Assembly: GCA_963772005.1 (NCBI GenBank)
Contig: CAVYVS010000026.1
Location: 69,380 to 93,379 of the forward strand
Source of the DNA: an uncultured Nitrososphaerota archaeon
Lineage (GTDB): Archaea > Thermoproteota > Nitrososphaeria > Conexivisphaerales > DTJL01
Reading direction: 5' to 3'
DNA length: 24,000 bases
Positions 23,126 to 24,000 of the stretch are shown piece after piece. The first letter of the stretch is position 1. Each line of letters opens with the position of its first letter. The notes beneath the pieces were generated by a model, which was given only the letters and a program-made list of their open reading frames with translations, did no database searches and was not told the origin of the DNA. The position numbers and the translations under genes are program-made.

Positions 23126-24000
23126 ATGAACATTAGAGAGGAAGGCCTTCAGGTCTATTCGTTTAAGGAAGCGTCGACGCTGGGGCTGACCAAGTTCGAG
23201 CTGGGCGGGAAGGGCTATGGATTGGTGGAGATGACCAAGTTGGGCCTCCCCGTCCCTCCAGGAATCGTAGTCACGACTGGCATGTGCAAGGAGTATTTCA
23301 AGGCTGGGAAGAAGTTCCCGCCAGGCTTCGAAGCCAAGGTGGAAGAGAAGCTGAAGGAATTGGAAGCCCTTACCGGGAAGAGGTTCGGCGATCCAAAGAA
23401 CCCGCTCCTGGTATCGGTCAGGTCCGGCGCGCCGTTCTCGATGCCGGGGATGATGGACACGATCCTGAACCTCGGCATGAGCGACAAGACATCCGAGGAC
23501 CTTGCTAGGATCACCGGCGATCCACGATTCGCGTTCGACACCTACAGGCGCTTCCTCCAGCTCTTCGGCAAGATCGTCCTCAAGGTCCCCGGCGAGGAAT
23601 TCGAGAAAATCATCGGAGAGGCCAAGGTGAAGGCCGGCGTCGAGACCGACATCGAGGTCCCGGCGGACTCTTGGAAAGAGGTCTGCCAGAGGTTCAAGGC
23701 CCTCATTAAGGAGAGGTCCGGGCGGGACGTCCCGCAGGCGCCCGTTGAGCAGCTCTTCATGTCCGTGGCCGCTGTCTTCGATTCATGGTACAACCCGAGG
23801 GCGTCTGAGTATCGGAAGATATACAAGATATCCGAAGAGCTCGGGACCGCCGTAAGCATCGTCCTCATGGTCTACGGAAACATGGACGACAGATCGGCAA
23901 CCGGGGTCGCCTTCACTCGAAACCCTTCCACCGGGGAGAACAAGATCTACGGCGAGTATCTGGTGAAGGCCCAGGGCGAAGATGTGGTGGCAGGGATCAG
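23126..24000 (+). CDS. ppdK: pyruvate, phosphate dikinase, N-terminal part (3' end outside window)
   Basis: An open frame from ATG 23126 to the window edge, absent from the ORF track because no stop is reached. It has LGGKGYGLVEMTKLGLPVPPG, FGDPKNPLLVSVRSGAPFSMPGMMDTILNLG, YRRFLQLFG, VAFTRNPSTGE and GEYLVKAQGEDVVAGI. CTTTAAG (23092-23098) lies 31 nt upstream. Confidence 0.9.
   Translation, partial: MNIREEGLQVYSFKEASTLGLTKFELGGKGYGLVEMTKLGLPVPPGIVVTTGMCKEYFKAGKKFPPGFEAKVEEKLKELEALTGKRFGDPKNPLLVSVRSGAPFSMPGMMDTILNLGMSDKTSEDLARITGDPRFAFDTYRRFLQLFGKIVLKVPGEEFEKIIGEAKVKAGVETDIEVPADSWKEVCQRFKALIKERSGRDVPQAPVEQLFMSVAAVFDSWYNPRASEYRKIYKISEELGTAVSIVLMVYGNMDDRSATGVAFTRNPSTGENKIYGEYLVKAQGEDVVAGI

Noticed and set aside
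23215-23868. Two 108 aa minus-strand ORFs (23215..23541, 23542..23868), the only track ORFs in this region.
   Set aside because: The + strand frame from ATG 23126 encodes an unmistakable PPDK N-terminus running off the window, and it is missing from the track only because it has no stop. The minus-strand ORFs are antisense shadows.
1-24000. A scan for CRISPR arrays, long direct or inverted repeats, transposase or integrase genes, rRNA, toxin-antitoxin pairs or other defence-island hallmarks.
   Set aside because: None was found by eye. The gene content is uniformly housekeeping with homogeneous composition, so I do not claim a novel defence or mobile system in this window.

Overview
GC-rich archaeal chromosomal segment, identified by aIF2-alpha, Nop10, AglB/STT3, a thermosome, TATA-box promoters and a tRNA with encoded CCA. 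It is densely packed with housekeeping genes: 25 protein-coding genes (two cut by the window edges) and one tRNA-Leu(UAG). Gene content covers translation and RNA modification (aIF2a, nop10, metG, a MnmA/ThiI-like PP-loop enzyme), glycine cleavage (gcvT, gcvH), N-glycosylation (aglB plus a processive-type GT2), F420 glutamylation (cofE) and redox/proteostasis (trxB, thermosome, htpX, a minimal JAMM protease). It also covers DNA repair (Y-family polymerase, family-4 UDG), C4/C3 metabolism (two-subunit class I fumarate hydratase, aspartase-type lyase, PPDK), two MFS transporters and two divergent DUF72 paralogs. I see no rRNA, CRISPR array, transposase, integrase or obvious defence island, so this reads as core genome. 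The most unusual thing directly visible is that four otherwise well-conserved genes (metG, trxB, thermosome, GT2) are each split by a single-nucleotide +1 frameshift. The simplest explanation is base-calling or assembly error, but the uniform polarity and the essential nature of three of the genes deserve a check. Secondary observations are an unexplained ~300 nt structured, G-rich intergenic region (21381-21682), a perfectly symmetric 37 bp bidirectional promoter between the DUF72 paralogs, a very regular ~30 nt TATA-to-start spacing implying leaderless mRNAs, and a tightly overlapped fumarase-JAMM-UDG operon. Most other long ORFs in the six-frame track are antisense or out-of-frame shadows typical of high-GC DNA.
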